In this document: in pieces, positions 34,011 to 43,208 of the stretch
Position numbering within the stretch: position 1 is the stretch's first letter
Layout of the letters: every line of letters starts with the position of its first letter
IMG/VR virus record: IMGVR_UViG_3300045971_000431
Span: 23,756-87,755 of that record
From: a virus
DNA length: 64,000 bases
Strand: one strand, 5' to 3'
Position numbers and translations under genes: made by a program
The notes under the pieces: model-generated
What the model was told of the DNA's origin: nothing
The model's database searches: none
Seen by the model: only the letters and a program-made list of their open reading frames with translations

Positions 34011-34300
34011 ATCGACAATGCCCCGCCGTTCTCTCGTATAGTCCAGATGCCATCTTCTTTGGTAAGTGATATGCCGATATCCTCGTCCCGCTGACCAAGC
34101 GTAAAGCCGTTATCGGACAATACGACTCTGTTGCCTTCCATTTTCACGATAGGTATCATCACGTCGGTGCGGATCTTTTCTGGCCACGGCCAGGTTTTGA
34201 CGTACACCTGCACCTTCTCACCCTTCTTCAGGAGATTGCTGATCAAGCTAGCCAAGAGCACAGTTTCCGCTTCAGCTAGGAATTGCTTGAAGGTCTTCAC
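34007..34300 (-). CDS. Putative internal head protein, family A
   Basis: N-terminus MKTFKQFLAE. Confidence 0.75.
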   Translation of the reverse strand: MKTFKQFLAEAETVLLASLISNLLKKGEKVQVYVKTWPWPEKIRTDVMIPIVKMEGNRVVLSDNGFTLGQRDEDIGISLTKEDGIWTIRENGGALSI

Positions 34301-34620
34301 ATCAGTATCGGTTTCCCGCCCTTCTCACGAAGCGTCCAGATACCCTTCTCCTGCTTGAACTTCATGCGATCATCGTCATCACCAAAGAATTCGTCTTCAG
34401 TGTCATTGAACTCGAACCAAGTTTCGTTTGTGTCAGTCTTGACCCACATGCGCCGGCTCTCGGCCTTTACGATCTGCTTCAGACCTGTGTCAGCCTCCCC
34501 GCCAGGATTGAATATCTCCACGTAAGCCTGAACCTTCTCGCCCTTCTTCAGGAGACTGGCAATCATGCGCGCAAGCAGTGGCACGCTTTCTTCAGCCAGA
34601 AATTCCTTGAAGGTCATCAT
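34297..34620 (-). CDS. Putative internal head protein, family A
   Basis: N-terminus MMTFKEFLAE. Confidence 0.75.
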   Translation of the reverse strand: MMTFKEFLAEESVPLLARMIASLLKKGEKVQAYVEIFNPGGEADTGLKQIVKAESRRMWVKTDTNETWFEFNDTEDEFFGDDDDRMKFKQEKGIWTLREKGGKPILM

Positions 34621-34934
34621 TGGTCGATCACTCGGAAGTAGCCCCTCTTTGGATCCGTTTCATCGCCGGGGCGGGAGTCAGGGCCAATTGCAGGTGGAAT
34701 GCGTTCGAGATCATAACGATCGTCATCATCATTCTGCATCGGGATCATGTAGTATCTGCGGTTCGTGTAGACTTCGATCTTGTTGTCACGAACAGAAACG
34801 ATTTCACCGGTAACGTGGCCCTCAGGTGTATTCGCCACCCAATCTATCCGGCGACGGTCAGCTTTGAGTTTCATGAGAAGCTTCCACACGAGCGGCAGCT
34901 TGAACTCTTGCTGTAGGATTTCGCTGATCTTCAT
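34617..34934 (-). CDS. Putative internal head protein, family A
   Basis: N-terminus MKISEILQQE. Confidence 0.6.
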   Translation of the reverse strand: MKISEILQQEFKLPLVWKLLMKLKADRRRIDWVANTPEGHVTGEIVSVRDNKIEVYTNRRYYMIPMQNDDDDRYDLERIPPAIGPDSRPGDETDPKRGYFRVIDQ

Positions 34935-35227
34935 TCTGCATTGTCCACGAATTGATCACAAGCACTGTTGATGGCAGCGATCACCTCTTCAGGTGATAGG
35001 TTGGCCCTTTCCTGTCGCATCGATCCGCCCTTGTAGATCTGCATGTGCCAGTTGCCGTCATGCTTCTGGTAGAATATGTCGCTGCTGCAATTACCACCAA
35101 CATTGACGGTGATAGAGCCGTTCTTGTTTGTCTTGACCAAGTAACCAGCCTTGTCAATCAGCTTGGTCATGAGCTTGACGTTGAAGGCCTTGTCGTCTTC
35201 GTCTTCGAGTAGTTGATGAACCTTCAT
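34931..35227 (-). CDS. Putative internal head protein
   Basis: N-terminus MKVHQLLE; ATGA-coupled. Confidence 0.6.
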   Translation of the reverse strand: MKVHQLLEDEDDKAFNVKLMTKLIDKAGYLVKTNKNGSITVNVGGNCSSDIFYQKHDGNWHMQIYKGGSMRQERANLSPEEVIAAINSACDQFVDNAE

Positions 35228-36024
35228 ACCTTGAAGTCCTCTCCTGGCATTACGCTCAGAACCCATTCATTGTCATCCACCTTACCGAGGTGGAGCGCAT
35301 CATCATCTTCAGGAAGCAGTTCGAACCATGTGTCTGTTTTGGTCTCGATGACATCTCCATGCCTGTCAAGACGTTCCTTCGGTTCCTTGAAATTGATCTG
35401 GATGTATGGAATGTTGGCAGGCACTTTGTTATCTGAACGCAGCGTCACTGTGCCGATGTGACCGGGTAGTTCACTGTGAATGGTGCCACCATCAGCAAGA
35501 ATCTTCTTGATTGCTCGGAAGACAAAGGAGCTTCGGCCTGGTTCAAACTCTTCAGCCATCAAGTTCTTCTTGATGCGGCGAATGACTTCATTTGCATCGC
35601 CCTTCAGATCAAGCCGCTGCAGTGCATCTCGCAGTTCATCATGTGCAGACTCGACCCAATTGAAACCTATCCAGGGGCCATTGATGTGCTTTCCAATCTT
35701 TGGCATCCAATCGAACATTGGCTTCACGTCAGGGTAGCGTTCAATTCCGGCTCGTAGGATGTCATTCAGCATGTCGAGATCGGAACCCTTAGTCAGCTGG
35801 TAACCGGTGCGGAACTGCAGGCCACCTACGTAGATGCCGTAGTCCTCGAGACCATCCACGCCCCGGGTGCTCTTCACATCGGTGACTGTGAAGAGTTTCT
35901 TCTGCACGAATTGGACAAAGCGAAACAGGTCCTGGGCAGCCTGATTGCCAGCCTCCTGCTTGCGAGCAAGTTCTGCTTGAACTTGCTCTTCCCAGTCGGG
36001 TGATAGGACTTCAGCTACCTTCAT
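35224..36024 (-). CDS. Putative internal head protein with C-terminal family A domain
   Basis: N-terminus MKVAEVL; internal VES and LMAE sites. Confidence 0.6.
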   Translation of the reverse strand: MKVAEVLSPDWEEQVQAELARKQEAGNQAAQDLFRFVQFVQKKLFTVTDVKSTRGVDGLEDYGIYVGGLQFRTGYQLTKGSDLDMLNDILRAGIERYPDVKPMFDWMPKIGKHINGPWIGFNWVESAHDELRDALQRLDLKGDANEVIRRIKKNLMAEEFEPGRSSFVFRAIKKILADGGTIHSELPGHIGTVTLRSDNKVPANIPYIQINFKEPKERLDRHGDVIETKTDTWFELLPEDDDALHLGKVDDNEWVLSVMPGEDFKV

Positions 36025-36359
36025 GCGTCCACCAATTCGTAGTATCCAGCCCATTCGCCATCAGCAATTTTGTGGATCTTGTAGCTGTCATCGACAGGAG
36101 TTTGCAGCATGAAGAAGCTGTTGCTAACGTTTCCCGGTTCGCGCGGCTTGCGCGAGTGATCATAGATGATGTGCTCGTCCTTGATACGGATGATGCGACC
36201 AACAACGTGTCGCTTGTACGATCTCATGCCAATATCGCGGGTGCCGGTGTGTTCACCTTTGCTATGAGCGTTGAGCAGGACAGTTTCTCCCTTGTCTAGC
36301 AGCTTTTGCAGCCAGAACAGGAGATCACTCTCTTCCTCGAAGAGCTCCGTGACTTTCAT
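36021..36359 (-). CDS. Putative internal head protein, family A
   Basis: N-terminus MKVTELFEE. Confidence 0.65.
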   Translation of the reverse strand: MKVTELFEEESDLLFWLQKLLDKGETVLLNAHSKGEHTGTRDIGMRSYKRHVVGRIIRIKDEHIIYDHSRKPREPGNVSNSFFMLQTPVDDSYKIHKIADGEWAGYYELVDA

Positions 36360-36571
36360 GGGTGTGCAATTTGGGCGTGTACGAATTGGTGCTTTGAACG
36401 GTCGATCTTGCCTGTCTTGCGGTCGATCTTGCCACCATACAACTCAGCCTGGCGGTGAACACGGGCATTCAGTTGCTTCATGGCTTTCATGATCGTCTTC
36501 TGATCAACAGGCCCAGCGGGCGTGCCGTCAAGCAGCTTGAAGTCAGGATCAAAGAGCTCGGCTACTTTCAT
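36356..36571 (-). CDS. Putative internal head protein
   Basis: N-terminus MKVAELF. Confidence 0.6.
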   Translation of the reverse strand: MKVAELFDPDFKLLDGTPAGPVDQKTIMKAMKQLNARVHRQAELYGGKIDRKTGKIDRSKHQFVHAQIAHP

Positions 36572-36924
36572 GAGAGGTTGTCCATCTTGTACTTGATCTG
36601 CGCCACGATGCCTTGCAGTTCCTGGTACTTGTTGACGAGGTAGCCTTCGGAGATCTTCTCACTCATGGCTTCGAGACCATCATGGAGCTGGTGCACGAAT
36701 GCAACTGGATCCTGTTCATTGAAGGGATTGGGATCAGACTGCTCGATGTGCACTTCATCCTGACCGTGGGCGCCCATGTACATCTCCATCAGGCTGTCAG
36801 CAAAGTCAGTGAGTGCTTCATACAGCTCACCCAAAGCGAGATGCTGAGCGAAAGACTTGGTCTTCCAGTGGTGCACGTGAGCGCAGCGCTGGGCCATGAG
36901 TAGATTGCGGATGATGTTTTCCAT
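36568..36924 (-). CDS. Dps/ferritin-like protein
   Basis: HVHHW...FAQHLALGELYE.L...AD.LME; TAAATA at 36946..36951. Confidence 0.8.
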   Translation of the reverse strand: MENIIRNLLMAQRCAHVHHWKTKSFAQHLALGELYEALTDFADSLMEMYMGAHGQDEVHIEQSDPNPFNEQDPVAFVHQLHDGLEAMSEKISEGYLVNKYQELQGIVAQIKYKMDNLS

Positions 36925-36944
36925 GGGAATCCCTGTTCTAGTTG

Positions 36945-38120
36945 TTATTTACGGGCAACAGACGCACCTTCGTGCATCCTCTCAATCGGTTCGCCAACGA
37001 ATTTGGCACCGTTCTTCCACTTCTTGAACCAAGCGGCAGCTTCCCGTTTGAAGGAGCCATACTGGATTCGATTCATTGGACCTTCAAAGCTCGGGTGCAT
37101 CGAGACAAAGAGCTCGTAGTGCTTGTCCCAGAGCTTGCCGCCCCAATCTGATTCGAGAAAGTCGTATGCCTTCTCTAGGTTTGCTTCTGACTGTCCACCC
37201 TTCATCTGGCCATCTTGGCAGAGTAGGTCGACAATCTTGTGGATCATGCCGCGTTCGGCAGTGTCGTTCTTGTACTGGCCTTGATCGCTCTCAGTTACCT
37301 TTGCACGCTTGGCAGCATCGGCTTTGATTTTGGCAACGAGCTTGGTTGGTGTGAGACCAAGCACTTTGGTCTTCTTCGCCTGACTGTCATACGGTTGGTC
37401 AATGTAAAGCTGCCATGTATCTTGAGCTTCACTTCCACAGTAGAAGTCGTAGGCCCAATTGCCCTTCATGAACTTTGCAGACATGTCGCCCATCTCTACT
37501 TGGTCAAATCCGTCGGCCACCAATGCCTTCTTGATCATCTTGAACGAGAAGTCTGCATCGCTGGCATCGAGGTCGATTTCCTCAGTCAGCCCCAGCTTCT
37601 TCGTACCTGTCTGCATGGCCTCGATAGCCCACTTCCTGAACTCGTTCACGTCATAGGCTTCATCTGCAGGAACCTTAATGCCAAGACCCTGTGTGAAGTG
37701 GCCGTCTTTGCCGGCAGTGTAGGATGCCCCGCCCTCGTATGCATCGTTGTGGCCTCGGATCGTGCTTGCCGAGAGTTGCACGTTGACAGGTTCACCCATC
37801 AGTTCTTCAACTTCGTACTTGATGTAGTGATCGTAGTGTTGATCTCTTACTGCAATGTACGGGCCGTAGAGGCGAATGACTTCTGGCCAATGCGAGAACA
37901 ACCATTCGATCTCGGCTTCGAGCAGCAGATATTCGCCGAAGGTCATACCTTCGGACAAGCCCATCATCTTCTTGAAGACGTTGACGACCTTGCCCCAGTA
38001 CCAGTGACCGCGTCGCTTGCCCTTCTTGATGGCATGCTTTGCTTCTGCCCACTTGTGTTCGGCTGTCTCGATGGAAACGCCTGCGCGCTCAGCGCTTCGT
38101 TGTACGAATTTAGTCGGCAC
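36945..38120 (-). CDS. Multi-domain putative internal head polyprotein
   Basis: Internal MTFGEYLLLE, LTEE and VTES linkers. Confidence 0.6.
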   Translation of the reverse strand: MPTKFVQRSAERAGVSIETAEHKWAEAKHAIKKGKRRGHWYWGKVVNVFKKMMGLSEGMTFGEYLLLEAEIEWLFSHWPEVIRLYGPYIAVRDQHYDHYIKYEVEELMGEPVNVQLSASTIRGHNDAYEGGASYTAGKDGHFTQGLGIKVPADEAYDVNEFRKWAIEAMQTGTKKLGLTEEIDLDASDADFSFKMIKKALVADGFDQVEMGDMSAKFMKGNWAYDFYCGSEAQDTWQLYIDQPYDSQAKKTKVLGLTPTKLVAKIKADAAKRAKVTESDQGQYKNDTAERGMIHKIVDLLCQDGQMKGGQSEANLEKAYDFLESDWGGKLWDKHYELFVSMHPSFEGPMNRIQYGSFKREAAAWFKKWKNGAKFVGEPIERMHEGASVARK

Positions 38121-38694
38121 TTGGACCTCGGAGGTTGATGATTCGAAGTGCAGCCAGATTGTTGGTGACCCACCACTTGAACTTCAGATCTTCAAAGACT
38201 TCATCTCTGGCAACTTCAATGTCGTTGTAGGCATCGCGACTTGGAATGTTGATGTTCCACTCACAGACATCGCGGCGCAACCGCTGCTTGGCAGAACCAA
38301 TGATGTCATCTTCCATCAGGCGCCTGATGAACCATGAGTGGAGATTTTCTCCACTTGCAGAATCACGCTCCATGTAGTAGCCGTTCTTCAGCATCATGAT
38401 GTCACCTGAGTTCTTGCCCTCTAGGAACATCTTGAAGGTGACTTGCTTGCCTTCCTTCATGTGCTTCACCATGTAATGGATCTTGCCATTAGGCGACTGT
38501 ATCTGAACGAAATCAACACGGGCATGGAAGAAGCGTATAATCCAACGACCATCTGCAGTGGCAACGATTGCATGATCACCTTCCTTGGCTACGTCAAGAA
38601 GTCGCTCATCAAACTCTTCTGGCTCCAAGCGCAGCAGCTGCTTAGTATCAAGCAGCTTCTCAACCTTGTTGCGAACTTCAGCATCGATATTCAT
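38110..38694 (-). CDS. Putative internal head protein (one family B domain)
   Basis: Internal VTFKMFLE followed by NGYYMERD...IRRLMEDD. Confidence 0.6.
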   Translation of the reverse strand: MNIDAEVRNKVEKLLDTKQLLRLEPEEFDERLLDVAKEGDHAIVATADGRWIIRFFHARVDFVQIQSPNGKIHYMVKHMKEGKQVTFKMFLEGKNSGDIMMLKNGYYMERDSASGENLHSWFIRRLMEDDIIGSAKQRLRRDVCEWNINIPSRDAYNDIEVARDEVFEDLKFKWWVTNNLAALRIINLRGPSAD

Positions 38695-39926
38695 TTGATA
38701 AACACCATGTCAACGTAATCACCATTGTCTTCTTGGTCAAAGAGAACCCATCCAGCCTTCTTCAAGCTTGCTGTTCTCTGCTCGATCTTTGCATCAGCTT
38801 TTTCTGGTGTCAGCTTTTCGATATCAACACCAAATGACCTAGCTTGGGTACCATTCATTACAAGCTTGGCAAGCTTCTCACGCTGTTCTTGCTCCATCCA
38901 CATGCCAGCGGCCGAGCCTTGGCTGTCCAACCAATCTATGATGCTGGTAACGGGATCCTCTTCCTTGTTGCCAAGAATGCCACCCTTCGCCATGACGACC
39001 TTACCACCTGACAGCTTGGTCTTCATGGTCTCATCACCATTGTACGAGTACATGTGATGCTCGATCTTTGATCCGGGGTTGAGCTTGACCATGTTGTCAT
39101 GGTGGGCTTTGGCGGCACGCTCATCATCGAAGTAGGATCGTGCATCATGCATTTTGTTTTCTGATCCATCCTTCTTCAACCGATGCAGCCAAACTGGTTT
39201 TGCATCTTGCGCCTTTTTCTTGCGAGCCTTCATAGCATCAGAGCCGAGATCCTCATTCACTGGCACGATGTCGCGTAGGTGCAGTCTGACCCAGTTAGTG
39301 AATGCCTTCTCGTCGTTGAAGGCAGACTCCATACCGATGTTAGAGACTACACGCTTGCCACCACCATCCGTTGCTTCGAGCTTCCACTTCATGTTGCCAA
39401 ACGAATTCGATCGCGTAGCATCTGCAAAACCTGGGCTGTCATCCATCAATCGCTTCACGGTGTAGGTGACGTATGAAGCATGCGAACGTGGGAGATCCTT
39501 CTCCATGTAGAAGCCGCGGCCCATCATCCAAATCTTGCCTGCTTCGTCACCAAATTCCACTGGGCTCTGATCGTCCGTGTAGGTGCTCTCGGCCATGAAG
39601 GCTGGTAGCTTCTTCTCGACCCAAGCATAGAAGTCTGGGCGAATGTGTTTTGGAGTCAGAGGACGCCACAGTTCAGACGTTGGCGGATGATTACGATCGG
39701 GATCCAGCATCTTGAACATCACATCACCAACGATCAACCCGCTGGTGATAGTAGCTTCGCCGCGCTCAGTGGTATCATCATCCATAAGACGCTTGATAAC
39801 CCAGATACCGTAGGCAGGGTTTTTAACCATTTGTGCCTTGCTGTTCTGCGCATCGAACTCCAGGTAGTAGCCACCCTTCAGGTAGACCTTCCCATCATCA
39901 AGGACCTTAACTTCAGAAAGCTTCAT
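38691..39926 (-). CDS. Putative internal head polyprotein (two family B domains)
   Basis: MKLSEV; GGYYLEFD...IKRLMDDD and RGFYMEKD...VKRLMDDS. Confidence 0.6.
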   Translation of the reverse strand: MKLSEVKVLDDGKVYLKGGYYLEFDAQNSKAQMVKNPAYGIWVIKRLMDDDTTERGEATITSGLIVGDVMFKMLDPDRNHPPTSELWRPLTPKHIRPDFYAWVEKKLPAFMAESTYTDDQSPVEFGDEAGKIWMMGRGFYMEKDLPRSHASYVTYTVKRLMDDSPGFADATRSNSFGNMKWKLEATDGGGKRVVSNIGMESAFNDEKAFTNWVRLHLRDIVPVNEDLGSDAMKARKKKAQDAKPVWLHRLKKDGSENKMHDARSYFDDERAAKAHHDNMVKLNPGSKIEHHMYSYNGDETMKTKLSGGKVVMAKGGILGNKEEDPVTSIIDWLDSQGSAAGMWMEQEQREKLAKLVMNGTQARSFGVDIEKLTPEKADAKIEQRTASLKKAGWVLFDQEDNGDYVDMVFIK

Positions 39927-40273
39927 ACTTCATCTTCACGGGTGACAGTACACACCCAACGCCATTCGCTCGGGCGAAAGTATTCATCAAGTGTTTCCAA
40001 GAATTTCTTGAGCTTTGCTAAGTCATCCAGCCCAAAGTGGACGAGACTAGACCCAAGCCGGCCTGGCTTATGTTTGATGATCTTTCGCGCGATGGTTATG
40101 ATGGCATCTTGATCAGCATCTGTCTGTTCAACTGAAAAGCCCTGTTTCACTTCGATATCGACTTCGAGATAATCACACATGAGCGAGAACTTAATGGCAG
40201 GCAGGATATCCTTCCCGCTGTGCACAAAGAACAGATTAGGATCATGCTCAGAAGCGATCTCGAAGAGCTTCAT
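39923..40273 (-). CDS. Putative internal head protein
   Basis: N-terminus MKLFEIASE. Confidence 0.55.
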   Translation of the reverse strand: MKLFEIASEHDPNLFFVHSGKDILPAIKFSLMCDYLEVDIEVKQGFSVEQTDADQDAIITIARKIIKHKPGRLGSSLVHFGLDDLAKLKKFLETLDEYFRPSEWRWVCTVTREDEV

Positions 40274-40722
40274 ACCTTCTTGAACTCCCCGTCAACAGCG
40301 ATCATCTTCATGATGTCTTCACGTGATGCAACGACCACGTTGTTCTGTGTCTTGCCAGCGTAGGGCACGAAGGCATTCGTCTTCTTGCGATCGCTCTTGA
40401 CCTTGGCACGGGTGGCAGCAGCGTTCAGCGCGATGTTTAGGTAGTTCGCGGCAACTTCAGCATTGCGGGCAGCGTAACGCGGCTCCACAATCTCAGTGTA
40501 AGCCATCTGATTCTGGAAGGTGTCGTAAGCAGCATCGTAGACCTGGTCGATCTTCTTGTTGATCTCGATGTCTTCCTCATCAATCTCAGGAGCAGGAGCT
40601 TCAGATTGCAGAGCAGCAAGCTCGCCTTCTGTGGCTTGCTCGTACTCAACGATCTCGGTTGGCTGCTCAGTCTCAAACAGCTCATCGAGCGGGTTGACAA
40701 GCTTGGACTTCACTGGCATCAT
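40270..40722 (-). CDS. Terminase small subunit (gp16-like) candidate
   Basis: Two central helices joined by EPR...AEVAA; C-terminal NNVVVASREDIMK. Confidence 0.6.
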   Translation of the reverse strand: MMPVKSKLVNPLDELFETEQPTEIVEYEQATEGELAALQSEAPAPEIDEEDIEINKKIDQVYDAAYDTFQNQMAYTEIVEPRYAARNAEVAANYLNIALNAAATRAKVKSDRKKTNAFVPYAGKTQNNVVVASREDIMKMIAVDGEFKKV

Positions 40723-41180
40723 ACGGCTCTCCCCATTGCAGGTGGTTGTTTCTGGCGGATGCCGGCAAACATCGTCTTCTCGGTGACCACGCGGAAGGTG
40801 GCGCCGTGTTGCTCAGCAAAGATGGCCGCGGCTTTCCACTTGGCATCATTGACGGCAAGTGCCTGCAGATCCCGAGGTGTAGACTTTGGCGTGGCGACAG
40901 TTTCCTTGTATGGCTTGATCTCGACGATCTCCTTACGCAGGGAACCATCCTTGTGTTTATAGAGCACGACAATGTCAGGGAAGTAGCGGTGCACGCGCAT
41001 GTCGAGAGGACTCACATACGGAATGTACAGCTCTTCAGAACCCCACCGCAGAATTGCAGGGTTGGCATCAAGCCACTGAAAGAACCGCAACTCCCACGAA
41101 CTTCTCCACACCACATTGTTTACGTTACCAACGTATTTCTGTGGATTTTTAGGAATGAACCGTCCTCTTGCTGTTGCCAT
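40719..41180 (-). CDS. Head completion protein (gp4-like, TnsA-type fold)
   Basis: GRF.PKNPQKY.G, RSSWE, WGSE...IPY, HRYFPD, EIKP. Confidence 0.92.
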   Translation of the reverse strand: MATARGRFIPKNPQKYVGNVNNVVWRSSWELRFFQWLDANPAILRWGSEELYIPYVSPLDMRVHRYFPDIVVLYKHKDGSLRKEIVEIKPYKETVATPKSTPRDLQALAVNDAKWKAAAIFAEQHGATFRVVTEKTMFAGIRQKQPPAMGRAV

Positions 41181-41668
41181 TATGTCACCTCGAACAGCAT
41201 GTCAAATCTAAACGGATTTGGTTGCTTTAGTAACCACGCATTGATTGGATGATCTTCAGGTAGGTTGTTATCATACTGAAGCGAGCCCTTGCTTTCCAAA
41301 ATGCTCTGCGTGCGGCGCTCTATCATCTCGGCATACACATCAGCGGGCGCTTCATCATGCCATTTTTTGAGTGATTTTTCCCAAATGGCGTGTTTAGCTT
41401 CTGCTGTTACATGGGAAGCATTCATCCAACCATACGCTTGCTTGCGTTGTTCGTCTGTCATCAATGCATTAGATTTCTTCTTACTGATGGAGATATTCTT
41501 TTTGCGCTGTTCTTGGCCACCAGCCCACTGTTGTGATACTGCCTTTGCTGTCCGTTCCTTGAATTTAGCATAAGCAATAGGATCTGCCTTCAATCTAGCT
41601 TTGGCCAGCTTGGCTCCAGCAGAACGACGAGCACGCTCTTCCTCCGACATTATTCTTGTAGCCATCAA
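41180..41668 (-). CDS. Basic hypothetical protein, NUMOD-like helical repeats
   Basis: SEEERARRS, RKKNISISKK, MTDEQRK; lower GC. Confidence 0.5.
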   Translation of the reverse strand: MMATRIMSEEERARRSAGAKLAKARLKADPIAYAKFKERTAKAVSQQWAGGQEQRKKNISISKKKSNALMTDEQRKQAYGWMNASHVTAEAKHAIWEKSLKKWHDEAPADVYAEMIERRTQSILESKGSLQYDNNLPEDHPINAWLLKQPNPFRFDMLFEVT

Positions 41669-43116
41669 GAGACTCCAGGATCGGTGGAAGTGGTGTAGGC
41701 CGTAACTGTCGGTGCAGAGGTAGAAGTAGAGTCACCTAGCAAAGATCCACCGGTGCCACCAGTAGCAGAGCCGCCTGCACCACTATTGCCTGCACCCTTA
41801 CTGTTTGTGAAACCGGTCTTGAACTTCGAGAATGCATTAGAGATTCCATTGCCTGCGCTGGTAGCAGAAGATCCTAGGAAGTCTCGTGATGCAGCGCCAG
41901 TCAAGTTGCTGACAGAACCGCCCAGCACTCCGCCAAGACGCTGTCCAATGTCAGTGGCAAACTTGCCGTTACCGGCAATGGACTTGACTGCGCGATTCAC
42001 CGCAGTCGATGTTACGTTCTGTGCGCCTCGGGTGGCCGCACCCGAGAGAATGTTCACGTATGGATTGTTGCCTCCCGCCTTTGTGAGAATGCCAGCAGCG
42101 CCAGTTTTCCCATCGACAGACTTGCGGCCTGATAGAATGTCAGCAGGAGCACCTGTGATATTCTTGCCCACCACTTCATGGAAGGATGGCGAGTTGATTG
42201 TTGAGATGCCCTTGTTGTGGACCATCTCCATCCAGTCGTAGTCGAACTGCATGGTGAGCAGAGATGGATCAGAGCTGTCATGTGTCAGGTCATCGAGGTC
42301 GAATGACACCAATCGCGGGTTGATGAAGTCGTAGATGTTTTCCTTGACTGTGTTCTCACCATTGGGATCAGCTGCAGAATTGTCGAGGAACATCTGCTTG
42401 ATGCGAATGACGTCAATGGCGCCACCGAAGTCAGAGTTGATGACGCTTCGGTTGGCAGTGCCCTTAGTACCAAGAATGTTCTTGACGAATGACATGCCCG
42501 TTAGACCTGGTGCAGGCGTTGAGCTTGGCAGCAATCCAGTGTTGTCGCGTGCGAAGCCGCTACGAGTAACAGGTGAGTGAATGTACATCAGCAACCGGAA
42601 GAACTCGAACACCCGATTACCAACGTCATCCATGAACGTGATGGTCATTTCGCGGTGCTTGATTCGCTTCAGCGCTTTCGTGCGGAAGTTGTATTGATTG
42701 ACGTCATCTTCGTATTCGAAGTCAACCTTTGGGCGGTCAACAGTCTTGACCATGAAGGTGAACTTGCTGTCTTCTAGCAGATCAACGTGGGCGAACCCCT
42801 CGGCCTTGAGGCCATCAAGCACTGAGCGCTTGAACTTGAACTCGACCTTGAAGAGGAACTTGAGCTTGGGACGGTAGTCAGTGCCGACAAGACCTGCTGC
42901 GTAAGAGGTCGCGTCCCATGTCCGTGCGGGACGGGGCTTCTTGCCATCGGTAACACTGTCTGAAGCGCTGCCGCCAGGTGGCTTTGGCTTTCCCTTGATT
43001 GCACCGCGGACGAAATCCTCGACGCCATCCCCGATTTGCCCTGCACCCGTGCTCTGGACAGAACCAGTTGTCGACTTGAGAATCGACTTGAGGTCGTTGG
43101 TTGGTGATGTTGCCAT
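41665..43116 (-). CDS. Tail-tube-fold baseplate/tube initiator protein
   Basis: PKLKFLFKVEF, VKTVDRPKV, NQYN, ITFMDD, FDYD. Confidence 0.75.
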   Translation of the reverse strand: MATSPTNDLKSILKSTTGSVQSTGAGQIGDGVEDFVRGAIKGKPKPPGGSASDSVTDGKKPRPARTWDATSYAAGLVGTDYRPKLKFLFKVEFKFKRSVLDGLKAEGFAHVDLLEDSKFTFMVKTVDRPKVDFEYEDDVNQYNFRTKALKRIKHREMTITFMDDVGNRVFEFFRLLMYIHSPVTRSGFARDNTGLLPSSTPAPGLTGMSFVKNILGTKGTANRSVINSDFGGAIDVIRIKQMFLDNSAADPNGENTVKENIYDFINPRLVSFDLDDLTHDSSDPSLLTMQFDYDWMEMVHNKGISTINSPSFHEVVGKNITGAPADILSGRKSVDGKTGAAGILTKAGGNNPYVNILSGAATRGAQNVTSTAVNRAVKSIAGNGKFATDIGQRLGGVLGGSVSNLTGAASRDFLGSSATSAGNGISNAFSKFKTGFTNSKGAGNSGAGGSATGGTGGSLLGDSTSTSAPTVTAYTTSTDPGVS

Positions 43117-43163
43117 TAGATCTGCCTGCAGAAGGTGTTCTATTTATGACCACCCACAAACAA

Positions 43164-43187
43164 CAAGGGGCTCCGAAGAGCCCCTTG
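43164..43187 (-). terminator. cUUCGg terminator after tail tube gene
   Basis: CAAGGGGCTC-TTCG-GAGCCCCTTG-TTGTTTG. Confidence 0.85.
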
Positions 43188-43208
43188 AGATTGGAAGTGC
43201 GATGCGTC

